A DNA stretch of 64,000 nucleotides from an uncultured Acidobacteriota bacterium (GTDB lineage: Bacteria; Acidobacteriota; JAAYUB01): contig CAYTBK010000007.1 of NCBI GenBank assembly GCA_964436005.1, forward strand, positions 1,340-65,339, in the 5' to 3' direction. The notes under the pieces were generated by a model. The model did no database searches. It had not been told where the DNA came from and saw nothing but the letters and a program-made list of their open reading frames with translations. This document shows, in pieces, positions 63,782 to 64,000 of the stretch; position 1 is the stretch's first letter; every line of letters begins with the position of its first letter. The position numbers were made by a program, and so were the translations under genes.

Positions 63782-64000
63782 TCAGCGCGTCACCAGGCGG
63801 TTTTCCGCGTCCGACAACCATTGGTTGAGCAGTTCGGCCAGGTCGTGGTAGGGAGCTCTGGCGGGCCCCGCGAGAGAAGTCACCCGCCGGAAGTGCCAGG
63901 CGCCGTCGGAAACGGTGGCCGTACCGCGGGCGGAAACGGGTTGCGCTTCCACGTTCTTGCCGTCCGGCAGTGTGACATGGAGTTCCAGGGCGAGGTTGAC
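63782..64000 (-). CDS. C-terminal end of a hypothetical protein entering from beyond the window
   Basis: Manual translation VNLALELHVTLPDGKNVE...AENRLVTR*; 73 open codons ending just before the terminator. Confidence 0.6.
   Translation of the reverse strand, partial: VNLALELHVTLPDGKNVEAQPVSARGTATVSDGAWHFRRVTSLAGPARAPYHDLAELLNQWLSDAENRLVTR

Noticed and set aside
1-64000. CRISPR arrays, IS elements, integrases, prophage, tRNA and rRNA genes
   Set aside because: No repeat-spacer periodicity, transposase or integrase motifs, or tRNA/rRNA signatures were seen in the intergenic regions inspected; a tRNAscan or Rfam run was not possible.

Overview
A high-GC, gene-dense bacterial chromosomal segment. 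The lipid A acyltransferase implies a diderm, and the gene content suggests an anaerobe, possibly Acidobacteriota- or Desulfobacterota-like (inference only). I saw no rRNA, tRNA, CRISPR array, IS or prophage. Contents from left to right: a partial lipoprotein gene the ORF track missed; an aguB-aguA-ParA-rfbC-cyclase run; a long coiled-coil protein; a glycogen cluster (two GH57s, GalT-like, glgA); cheY-cheX-cheX; plsC-cca; gpsA-ECF sigma-ZAS anti-sigma-lipid A acyltransferase; a beta-propeller hybrid kinase and a DUF512 radical-SAM gene; a small ORF with an in-frame TGA plus a SECIS-like hairpin (candidate selenoprotein); a catalytically dead CtpA followed by uppS-cdsA-dxr-rseP; a seven-gene operon joining an intact group-3c-like [NiFe]-hydrogenase (no MvhD, Hdr or diaphorase) to signalling proteins (REC-DUF4388-wHTH-pseudoGTPase, Roadblock, two V4R-like domains, one fused to a ferredoxin); a cluster of large secreted proteins (CBM-Ntn-M1 fusion, a frameshifted BNR-dockerin protein, a metzincin-dockerin protein, a PPC protein); a second propeller kinase, a PilZ protein, rimO, and DUF1573-DUF1573-TMTC-like glycosyltransferase. 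The strongest candidate for an uncharacterised system is the hydrogenase-signalling operon (35004-40957); the second is the candidate selenoprotein (28901-29068). All family calls come from motif recognition by eye, with no database searches run.
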